Positions 14,643 through 24,900 of a stretch of 64,000 nt of DNA are shown here, piece after piece. Under the pieces are notes generated by a model. It was not told the DNA's origin. It did not search any database and saw nothing but the letters and a program-made list of their open reading frames with translations. Where the stretch lies: contig JAPMXV010000075.1 in the NCBI GenBank assembly GCA_026936335.1, positions 62,001 through 126,000 of the forward strand. The letters run 5' to 3'. The first letter of the stretch is position 1. Each line of letters starts with the position of its first letter. A program made the translations under genes and the position numbers. This DNA comes from Mantamonas sphyraenae STR306. Taxonomy: Eukaryota > Protista > CRuMs.

Positions 14643-17600
14643 GATGAGTTCGCCCGCGTCTTCGATTTCTTCGTCGGCGTTGTACGAAGCGCGTGCGGAA
14701 CACAGCGTCAACACACGTCACGTGGTGGCTGGGGGACGGTGGAGTGTGCCGGACGATGCCGGGTGGACCGAGACGCGGCACTGGGACGAGGAGTGGCAGA
14801 GGCTTCAAGACATGGACGACAGTTCCGAGACAATCCACACACTGAAACGCCAGCTGATGATGGTGCTAAGTCAAGAGTTTGCGGAGCATGTGGTGCCTGT
14901 GGTGCGCACCCTTGTGGACGAACGCTGGCTGCCGTACTCGGCCAAGTCGATTCCCCCTCTGCGGGTCAACGCAGAACGGCCGGACGTCGACGCGTTCCAC
15001 GAGTCAGTGCTGGCCTCTGTGTCGTCGCAGCCCCTCTCAGAGTTTCAATTGCAGGTGCACAACGACGCCACAGCAGAAGGCAGTGGCGACGCAGGCCACG
15101 GCACCCCGAAGCAGTCGTCAGGAACCTGGGGTGAGCGAGATGATTCGAGCAAACGCTCATCCGGCTCCTCCCTGCCTCCTGTGATGGACCTGACGCCCGA
15201 GGAACTGGGCCATGGGCGCAGAGATAGCACAGGCAGGGGCTCCGACACGTCAGTGCCATCCATGCGGTCGTTCAGGGTGGACGGAAATGCGGGCGGTGGG
15301 AATGACGGCGTCGACGGAGGTACGCATTCGTCGAGTGGCTCTCAGCAGCCGCAACTGGACCACATGTATCTGATGCCCAGCGTGGCGGCCAATGTGGCGA
15401 TGAACAATGGCACAGACGGCGACGAAATCTACTTTCACCAAGGAGTGTTCTTCCGCTTTGCCACGGTGACCAGGGCCAACGAGCGTGTGTTTAACAACCT
15501 GTACGTGGCACACAAGTACGCAGCACACGAGTTGCGTGCCACAGGGTCCGTGGCTGCGTTGCAGGACCACAGTCTGCATGTGCCGCTGCTGGCTGTGTTG
15601 GACTACAAGGGCGAACGTGTGGTGGCCAGTGCCCACATGGATGCACTGGGCGACGCAACAGTGCTGTACGGCTCGCACGACGCGGGCGAGCTGATCCACA
15701 ACGAGAGCACGGCGCTGAGCGAGGTGATGACCAAGGTGGCGAGCAAGTTGCACCTTGCGCCACACCGTGTGCCCATGCACGTGGACGCAGGATACGCGAC
15801 GTCGGATGATAGCGACATGGAGTCGCCCGAGAGTGAGCTGCATGGTGGCGAACAGGAGCAGCAGGACGGCAGGCGCAGGTCGTTCAGCCAGCGGATACGG
15901 AGGAAGCTGAAGCGACGCAAGTCGCAGGAGGGGGTGGATCAGGGCGACGAGATGGTGCTGTTGGGTGTGGAGGAGGAAGAAGAACGGTACGGGACGTGTG
16001 TGACGCTGCATGGACCCGCAGACATGGAGGGGTACGAAGGGCAGGAAAACCGTCTGTACGCCATCCACTTGGCTCGGTTGCTGCCTCCACACTCGCCGTC
16101 ACGCGTCGTGCACGCGTTGTACATACCGGCTGTGGACGATGCACCCGTAGCCGTGGTCAGTTTGGGCATTGACGAGTGGTTTGGGACGGTGTCGCAGATG
16201 TTGAACGGGGAAGATGCTCCCACGGTGCGTTTGCCCCTACCGAACGGCGCCTACATGTTTTCGTCATCATTGTCGGCGACAGCGCAGACAAAGAGTGACG
16301 AGTGGGGCGACGGAGACTCGGGAGGCACGCCCAGCATTGTGGTCCATTCGGCAGAGGGAGAACGACGACAGGTAAACACGCAGCAGGGACACAAAAAGGA
16401 GTCTGCAAACAAGCGCGCGACGGCACTTGCGCACCAGCACGTGTACGGCGACGCTGTGGCGGTGGTGTGGCCACGCACGCAGCTGTTGACACACCAGTTT
16501 CGGCCCGAGTTTCTGCGCGCGTACGAAGGCGAGGCAGTGAGCTCGGACTCGTACAGCCGATTTGGGATGGTTAACCACAGGCGGTGCAACGCAGCAAGTG
16601 GGGCTGCGTACGAGCACTTGCTCAAGACTGTGATCCCAGCGTGTGCACACCTGCTGGACAGCAAGTCACAGGAGCTGGGCCGTAGCAAGGAAGTGTGCGC
16701 ACACATGCACCGCATGGGGATCAATCTGCGCTTTTTGGGACACGTGAGGCGCCACTGTACAAAGGCACGCGTGCGTTCGCTCATCCTGTGTGAAATGGTG
16801 GGGCGGTGCGTGAAAACGCAGCTGCGGTTTGTGTTTCGGCAGCTGAACAGGGTGGGAGAAACACGCACCGAGGCATACAGCGAGCCCGTGTTGCATGCGT
16901 TCAACCAGGTGTTGGGCATGTCGACGTCAAGCGCGTTCTACTGGCGCTGCGTGGCGACGCTGCAGCTGCGCCTCAAAGTACGGGGTGGATGCGTTGCGGC
17001 AGGAGGAGAGCTTGCCAGACTACGATCTGCGACAGCATTTGCTACGTTCACAGCTCATGGAGTCGTTGGTGCACTGCACAGGCATTGGCATTGCGTGCGA
17101 AACGCAACGGAAGCTGGTGAGTGACGTGGAGAACTGGAACACGCCGACACCGATCTCGACCGTGGACTTGGAGTTGGGTTGGTTGTCGAAGCATGTGCAG
17201 GCGCGTGGCGTGGTGTTTGTGGAGGAGGAGTGGCGAGAAATGGAGGAACGGGAGCACGCGTACATGCTGGACCGGATCCGAAACTACGTGTCGCCTTGGG
17301 CCAAGGTGGACGATGTCCTGGCGGGGACAAAGGGGGATGGAAAGAGCGCACGGGCACGGCAACGCAAGGGAGGATTCGGCCGGATGGACTCGTTCATGAG
17401 CACAGGGAGTGCGGCGAGCAGCAGCAGCAGCGGTGGTGGCGGAGGCGGAGGGGACGAGGACGAGGAAACGGCGGAGGAGGCAGCGCGTGCGGCGCTGTCG
17501 GAGGATGTGTTTTATGCAGCGGCTCGAGGACTGTTGTACCACAGGGAGAGCGAGCAGGTGGGTGCGAGTCCGCTGCACGAGGTGCTGATGGAGCATAGGG

Positions 17601-17926
17601 TGGCCGTCGAACGGGAGCGCAAGCACAAGCAGTTTGACTCGTTGGTGATTGGAGAGGAAGAGGCACACGGATTGGGAGGGGCGCACGGAAGCAACGAAGA
17701 CGCGGCTGCGTCGCTGGAAGTGCCCGGACGCAGGAGCTCCGACAGCCACCGCAGCGATCGGGATTGGGACTTTGTGGACCACATGGAGTTGAACGAAGTA
17801 TCGGATGATGAGCTCAAGGCGGCACAGACAGGCGAAAGCCCGCTCGGTGAGGACAATCCGTTTATGATGGTGTCGTCATTCTTTAAGCGGACCAAGAGCA
17901 AGCTGAAGAGTGATCTGTTCAAGTGA
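14643..17926 (+). CDS. Clu (clustered mitochondria)/CLU-central domain protein, frame change at ~16975
   Basis: HWDEEWQRL, KYAAHELRA, LHVPLLAVLDYKGERVVA, LHGPADMEGYEGQENRLYAIHLARLLPP, FRPEFL, MHRMGINLRFLGHV. The protein continues in the next frame (KYGVDALRQEESLPDYDLR). Confidence 0.85.
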
Positions 17927-17970
17927 GTTCGGGTGCGCGCGTTGGGGCAGGAGAAGAAGATTCGGCAAGG

Positions 17971-19144
17971 ATGAGCACGCTGGGATCGGCCAATGAAGAA
18001 GCCATGCGACTGTTTCGCATCTACCGGACGACCACCCAGATGCTGGTTGACCGTGGGTACTCAGTGACCAAGGACGACAAGAGCATGGACTTTGACAAGT
18101 TTACAGAGACGTTTGGCGAGTCACCGTCGTAGGTTGCACGCGAGAGAGGGTTGAATGGAGGGGTGGATGGGTGGAGGGGTGGAAAGGGGGGTGGGTGGGT
18201 GGAGAGAGAGAGGGAGAGGCGGGAGCAGGAGAGAGGAGCGGACGCTCACACGCTCCCACACGCGCACACACGTACAGGCGAGACGCAATGGTGCGGTTCA
18301 ACACGCGCAGGGACGATCTGAGTGAAAAGATCTTTGTGTTTTACTGCGAAAGCCTGAAAGTGCGCGTGAGCGACGTGAAAGGGTGGGTTTTGTGTGAGGA
18401 GGCAAGGCGGGAGGAAGTGGTGCTCGAGAGGCTGACACACAAAAGGGGAATGGGGGGCCAACCACACACACACACATGCACCGATGGGAATGGATGGTGG
18501 GGAGGACAGGTATTGGGAGAGGATGAAGGATGCAGGGGTGACGAGGGCGGTGCTTGTGTACAGGAGCGGCATCACGTCGATGGCCAAGCAGGGGATTCAG
18601 CGTTTGGCGCCGGATTTCCACATTGAGATCTTTCAGGAGAGCGAACTGCTGGTGAACATTACAGAGCATGTGCTTGTGCCGAAGCATGTGGTGCTGGACA
18701 ACGACACAAAGGCGTTGCTGCTGAAGAAGTACAAGATCAAGCAGACTCAGCTGCCGCGCATTCAGAACACGGACCCTGTGGCGCGGTACTTTGGGGTGAG
18801 TGTGGAGAGAGATGTGGCGAGGGAAGGAGAGAGGAGGAGGCAGAGAGGCATGGGAAGTGGGGTTGGATGGGGTGAGGGAATGGTGGACAGGGAAGGAAGG
18901 GAAGGAGAAAGGGGGAGAGCTGAAGAGTGGTTTGGGGGGTGTGGGGGAAAGAACATGTATGGCTGACACAGTGTGGGTGTATGGGGCCATTGTGTGTGTA
19001 TGTGGGAACGTATGCTGGTTGACTGTGCTTGTGTGTGTGTGTGCACGACAGCTGCGACCTGGACAGGTGGTCAAGATCATCCGACCGAGCGAGACGGCAG
19101 GGCGGTATGTGACGTACCGATTTGTGTGTCCGTCGCGTGCGTAA
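17971..19144 (+). CDS. RPB5: RNA polymerases I/II/III shared subunit RPB5, copy 1
   Basis: RLFRIYRTTTQMLVDRGY; FQESELLVNITEHVLVPKH; QLPRIQNTDPVARYFG; GQVVKIIRPSETAGRYVTYR. Three introns. Confidence 0.97.
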
Positions 19145-19294
19145 GGAGAGCCACAGAGGGGAAGAATGGAGACGAACGAGAGAGAGCGTGTGGTGTGGTA
19201 GGGTGGTGGGAGTGGGAGTGGAGGAATGGAAACTGCAGGACGGCAGAACGCACCTGCTTCAGCACCAACAACCAAACCCACCAAATCACAATCG

Positions 19295-19909
19295 ATGTTT
19301 GGGCGTGTGAGCAAGGGTAGCTCGAGGAGCGGAGCAGTGATTACGCGTGCGCTGAATGGGACGCTGGGCCAAAACAGCCGCCACGCAAGCAGCAGCAGCA
19401 GCGTGTCGGGTGTGCCAGAGCCGCCGATTGCAACGTACGATCCCGCGGTCGACTCCAGGGGAGCACAGGAGCTTGGCGTACGTGTGGCGTGGCTGTGAGG
19501 AGGGGGGATGTGAGAATGTGTGTGCAGCCCGTCGGTGCGCAGGAGACTTGGAGCCCCGTGGAGCCGTCACGGCCCCTCAGAGGGTCGGCCGGCCCACGGC
19601 AGCGCGCTCGGCAAAATTCCGCGGGCGGGCTGTGCAGGAACACAAAGACACGGGGGAGGGATAGGATGGCATGGAACTGACAGGAGGACATGTCACACAC
19701 ACACACAGCTGCACGAGGAAGTCGAGGTGCTGGGCATTTGGGGTCTGGACAAGGACAACACCATCAAGGCGGGCGAATCGCTCGTCACTCTCGTGGGTGC
19801 ACTTGCATTCATGGGCTTTGCCGCCGCTATGGTCAAACCGGCCAAGAAGCCGACAGCTGACCGCGTCCTGCCGTACAACAATGCAGCCAAAGCACTGGGC
19901 AAGGAATGA
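19295..19909 (+). CDS. Putative mitochondrial complex I accessory subunit, NDUFB8-like
   Basis: Presequence MFGRVSKGSSRSGAVITRAL. Last exon LHEEVEVLGIW, one TM, then PAKKPTADRVLPYNNAAKALG resembles NDUFB8 C-termini. Middle exon(s) unresolved. Confidence 0.5.
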
Positions 19910-19950
19910 AACAACTGGCATTCACTCTTTGGCACTCGCACATGGCCTCT

Positions 19951-21582
19951 TTAGGCCAGGAACTGACCCAGGGCAGCCTGGATGGTCTTGTGAGCCGATT
20001 GCAGGGCGGTGGAATCCGTAGAGGCCGGGTAGTACATGTTGGAGCAGTGAGCACCCTGAGGGATGATCACCAGCTGCAGGTTCTTGTTGGCAGGCGGTGT
20101 GGTGATGCTCAAGGCATGCCACGGGTCGATGAGTCCGTTCACCATCACCGTGTTGCTGCTGCCCAGCATCTTGCCTCCGTAGTAGTCGTTGGTAAAGTCC
20201 ACGTGCGGCATGCGGAAGGCGTCGCCATACACATCTGCACACATCTGGTTCCAATACTCAATGGGGAACTGGTCGCCAAAGGGCTGGCTGGAAGAGTCGG
20301 CGTCGCTGGATTGGAAGAAGCCAAACTCGCGGCAGGATTGCCAGATCCACAGACGCATGGCTGTGGCTCCCGGGTTGGCCGTCGACGTGTTCTTCAACTG
20401 GTTCACCTGCGATGCATACGACACATCCAAGCAAGGCTGGCCCTGCAGCAGCAACTCGTTCACTGCAGCCAGCTGGGCAACTGCATCGTCACCTGCACCC
20501 ATGATGTCGCACAGGGCGGAGATGGTGATGTTGGACGAAGGGATGTCCCGGTTGTACTGCACCACACCCATGAACAGACCGGCAATGGCCGACATGAACG
20601 TGGCACGCGATGCACTGTCGTCCTTGAGGGCATCACACGTCTTGAACTGGTTCTGCAGCTGAGTGCGCCCTGCATCCGTGCCATACAGGCTCGTGATCTG
20701 GTTCACACCCATGGCAATCTTGGGCACACATGATTGTCCACCCATTGTCGTCAGCGATGCCTGCACCACCTGCAGGTACGCACTAAAGTCGTTGACGGCT
20801 TGCACCGGAGCAGACGACGAAATAGCACCCACCACCTTGTGCGGGTACTTGAGACGGTACCACGCAGACAGTGCTCCCGGGTAGCTTCCACCAAAGCACA
20901 CCCACTTGTTCGCATCCGTCATCCCATACTTGCTCTGCAGGAACGATTGCAGCGTATCCAGATCAGCCAACGCCTGCTGGCTGCTCAGGAAGCGCAGGTT
21001 GGGTGTGTCCACTCCACTGGCAGGGAACGATTCACCGTAGAAACGATGCTCAATGTCCACCAGCAGGGCGTTGTACTGCTTGGCGTAGTAGGCAATGGCG
21101 CCAACCTGCAGGAAGGCACCGTTCTCAGGGCCCTCGCCTCCGATCATGAGGAACACAGGGCCGTTCTCCTTGTCCCAGTACTGGTCATTGACATAGTACT
21201 TCTGCTGGAACGTGGCGTTGTTCTCGCTGTCGTAGTGGTCCAGCGTCTGCGTAAAGAACTGCTTCGGCAGGTCGTCTTTGCGTGGACACCCGTCAGTTTC
21301 CGGGCCCCTGCACGCTCTGCACCCCTCTCCACGCCCTCCTCCTCCCACTTACCCAGTCCCTCTGTCTTCAGAGAGCTCACCATCATGTCTGTGTGCGTTT
21401 ATCCGACTGTGTCAGAGCCTGGGTGCCGCGAGAGCCGTTTGCAAGTGGGCATCATCTTCCTCTCTCTCTCCCGTTCCTCCCCCCCACGCTGAACACTCAC
21501 CGTAATGCGTGCGGGGAAACGGCAGTGCAAGCGCAGCCTGGACACACACGAGTGCAATGAGCACACTCACAGCAATCTTCAT
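19951..21582 (-). CDS. Serine peptidase family S28 (PRSS16/Pro-X carboxypeptidase-like), copy 1
   Basis: Signal peptide MKIAVSVLIALVCVQAALA; FTQTLDHYD, GPVFLMIGGEG, EHRFYGES, GGSYPG (catalytic Ser), NGLIDPWH, GAHC. Confidence 0.95.
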
Positions 21583-21710
21583 TGGTGTGGGTGAAAATGT
21601 GTTTGTCTTGGACGCCGGTGAGCACCCGTTCACAATCACATCTCCAATGGTGACCCATTGACCAGCAACGAGGGGGACGCCCCCCAGAAACCGACCGTTC
21701 ACCAACGATG

Positions 21711-21914
21711 AAACCGTTGAGCCAAGAACGCGTTCCACACTTTCATTGTTCAGTTACAGGCTGTTCGGTTCAAATTGAAACTTTGTGTGAGGCAGCGCAA
21801 AGGGTTTGGTCTCGGTGACGGAAAAGGAAAACTTACATCATTACAACCCTGTGCTAGGTGGTATACACCCAATGTTTGGTTGGTTGGTTGGTTGACGGTT
21901 CTGGTGCCCCGTCC
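21711..21914 (-). ncRNA. Candidate Fanzor omegaRNA scaffold region
   Basis: Non-coding, relatively AT-rich ~200 nt directly 3' of the Fanzor stop, ending where host-duplication homology begins. Ends can pair (GAACCGU 21901-21895 with ACGGUUU 21717-21711). Positional inference from Fanzor/TnpB biology. Confidence 0.4.
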
Positions 21915-24900
21915 TCAGCCTGCACTCGAATTCGCCTCCAGGTTCTGTGCCTCGCCGTCCACGTTCTCTGGCAGACCAATCTTGCTTCGGAACGCCCTGC
22001 CGATCTGACTCCGTTGCCAAACCTTGGTCATGCACCATATGGTGTGACCGCGAAGGGCAGCGTACACCTTGTTCGCGATTGCTTGTGCGCTGGCAAAGTC
22101 CCGGTTCCGGTGCATTTTGCATCGCGTACAGTACTTGACACGCGCGGTGCGGGCATTGCCGTGCTTGCTCTCGTGCACACTGCCACATGTGGGACATCTC
22201 AGCGTCGTATTGCACTCGTTCACACGCACAACAATCATGTTGTGCTTGGCCAGCTCCTCCAGTTTCTTCACTCCACCACGGCCGCCCTTGAATCCGTCAC
22301 CGATGCACAGCAGTGTGATGCGTCGCAGTTGCCCCTTCTCCAACTGCATCTTCTCGGTCGCACGCACCTGAGCCAGCCAGTGTTCCCTCATCTTTCGAAT
22401 CCTGTTCTTCTGTTCCCGTCGATGATGCGTCTTTCTGTCTCCACTTTGGCTGTCCTCCTCCTGTTCCTTCTGGATGACAGCTGATGAAGCTTCTTCAGCC
22501 GTCAAGGCCCTGCACTGATGGCGCAGCGTGCGTCCCACCCGTGCCTCCGAATGCCTCTCGGCAAACAGTCCTGCTCTTTTCACGCGCAGCTCCTGCATCC
22601 GTTCACGCACCCTCCTTGAAAGTGTTGCATTGTCTTTCTTGAGACCCACCTTGCGTTCCATGGCTCCGAGTGATGGGGGCGAAAACCGCCACGCGGTGGC
22701 AAACTGGAGCAGGTAGCCATCCTGCACGGTTTCTTTCAGCGGGATGCATAGAGCTGACGGTGCGTTCGCAATGCCGGGATCTGCTCCAAGGAATTGTAAG
22801 CGCTGATTGGCGCCTTGACTGAGAGCGAGGAGGCGGGAAAAGGACGAAACCACGCCATGAGGTCGTCTTGAGTGTTCCAGGTTCCGTGGACACAATCCCA
22901 AGGCGATGAGCTTTCCAGCAGAGTGCGGAAGCCATTTGTGGAGTAGTGCGTGCACAGCCTTGGTCTGCGCTCCCACATCCCCATCTCCATCTGCGAGTTC
23001 CCGCACAGGTTGCAACTGATGCTCGTGCGAGGCAACAAGCATGCCCACCTGGCAGAGCCTGATAGCCACAGCTGCCACGCGCTCAAGAAGGCGCCTGGTG
23101 TTCTGCTGCTCCTCGGTGTGGGCGTCTGAGTCTCGTCCTCTCTTCCCCTTGGCTGCCACCTTGCCAACCGCTGAGTAGTTGTATCTGGCGATGCTATGGG
23201 TGACAAACGGCGCAGAAAGCGCAGGCCTGGGCTCTGGTGCATCTTCCAGCAGCGTGTAATCCCCCCGCAGAAACTGCAGTAGATCGGCATCGTCGATTCT
23301 TTCTGTGTCCTCGTATGACGTTGCAGTGGGGTTGCGGAGCAGGTTGATGCAGGCACGAAGCGTTGGAAACAAGGAGAGGCGCTGGTGCGGCACAAGAAGG
23401 TGCTCCAGCATGAAAAGTCGTCGCTGATCGGCCCCGGATGGAATCGTCCAGTGACGCACGTTTGCCATATGTACGTTGGAGAAGAGACGTACAGAGAGGA
23501 AGCCATCGTTGAAGAAGGGTGTTTTGGCCACACGAGCCGCGTGTGTGGGTGAAAGGATGTCATACACGTTGAAGGAGGAAAAAAGCAGTGCATCGGCATA
23601 AGCACCAAGCTCCTCGTCAGCTATGTGCGCACCTTCCTCGTACGTGACCACGCGCGCTGATTTGTTTACACATGTCTGTGCACATACATGCATGGCCTGA
23701 ATCGATGTGGAGGCGAACAGCGAGCGCCTGCTGCTGCCTCCACCGCCTCCGCTGCTGCTGCTGGTGCTGCTGCTGCTGCTCTGAACCACTTCCTCCTGAT
23801 TCGTATTCATCATATGCCACGCCAGCGATGCACGCATGGCATGAACGTGTGCCTGGTTGTCAGCCCGACGGGCACCCCGTACAAACTCGTGCACACCACA
23901 GTGACACGCTGTCGTACTGTCCCAACACTCCTGCGGCGGAGGTGCATCGGAACAGCCGCCGGGTAGTGATGTGGCAGCACCACAGAGGACAGACCAGGCT
24001 AACAACTTGCTGTCCAAGTCCACCTCCTTGTCCCCGCAAATGCGCAGCAGATTTCTCGCCAATGTGGTGGTTGCCCACCGCCCAAAAATCAACTCCCGTT
24101 CGGCCGCCAGCTGGATCTCGAAAGAGTGTTGGTCCCCATAGAGCTTTCGGGTTGAGTTGCACTCCTTGGCAAGCTCGTAGAAGCACCGCAGTGCAACGAG
24201 TGGTGACTTGGTTTCCAGGCTGCGCAGCGAGCTGAACTGCTTGAGAGACACGTTCCCTACGTCCAGTAGAACCTTCTCAACAGCCCGTTTGCATGCTCGG
24301 TGCATTGTGGTGTCTGTAGGGCCGTCGTCGCCGTCGTCGTCGGGGTTTGCGTGGCGTGTCAGAAACCCCACCACGTCTTTGCGCTCTAGCTGCGGGGAAG
24401 CAGCCACAACAAGGTCAGCCAGGTTGTCGTTGGCCTGTGTGGTCAACATTACTCTCCAGCTGGTGAGGATGTGAGCAGCAGCCCGATTGCACAGAGTTGA
24501 AAACACACCTGCTGGCAGACCTTCCAGATGCACGGGCGCTCTCGCCGCCGTCTCGTCCAAACCGTCCACGTACTCAGCCCGAATGCATCCGTCTTGTTGC
24601 CTTTGCAGTATGAGATCTGTGTTTGCAGCGATCAAGCCGTTTGTTGTGGAGCCCGCGGCGGAAACAACGGACACCTCGTCGGGTGGCCTCAAATACAGAC
24701 GGTCATTCCTGATGACAAGGCTGCGTGACAACATACCTTCCACCGTTTTGTCTGGTTCAACCTGGGCGCACTGTAGCAGGTCTCGCTGGATGGCAACCAC
24801 AACACCAAACACGTTCTGGATTTGGATCAGCTGGCTGACGTCCTTCTCGGTCACCAGCGCTTTGTTGCGGAGAGTGGACATAGATCCCAGTTCCACAATG

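Larger units (their letters stand above)
17934..21710. repeat. Left arm of inverted segmental duplication
   Basis: 17934-19472 is a near-identical reverse complement of 35654-37184, and ~19951-21710 of 32441-~34204, including introns. Confidence 0.95.
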
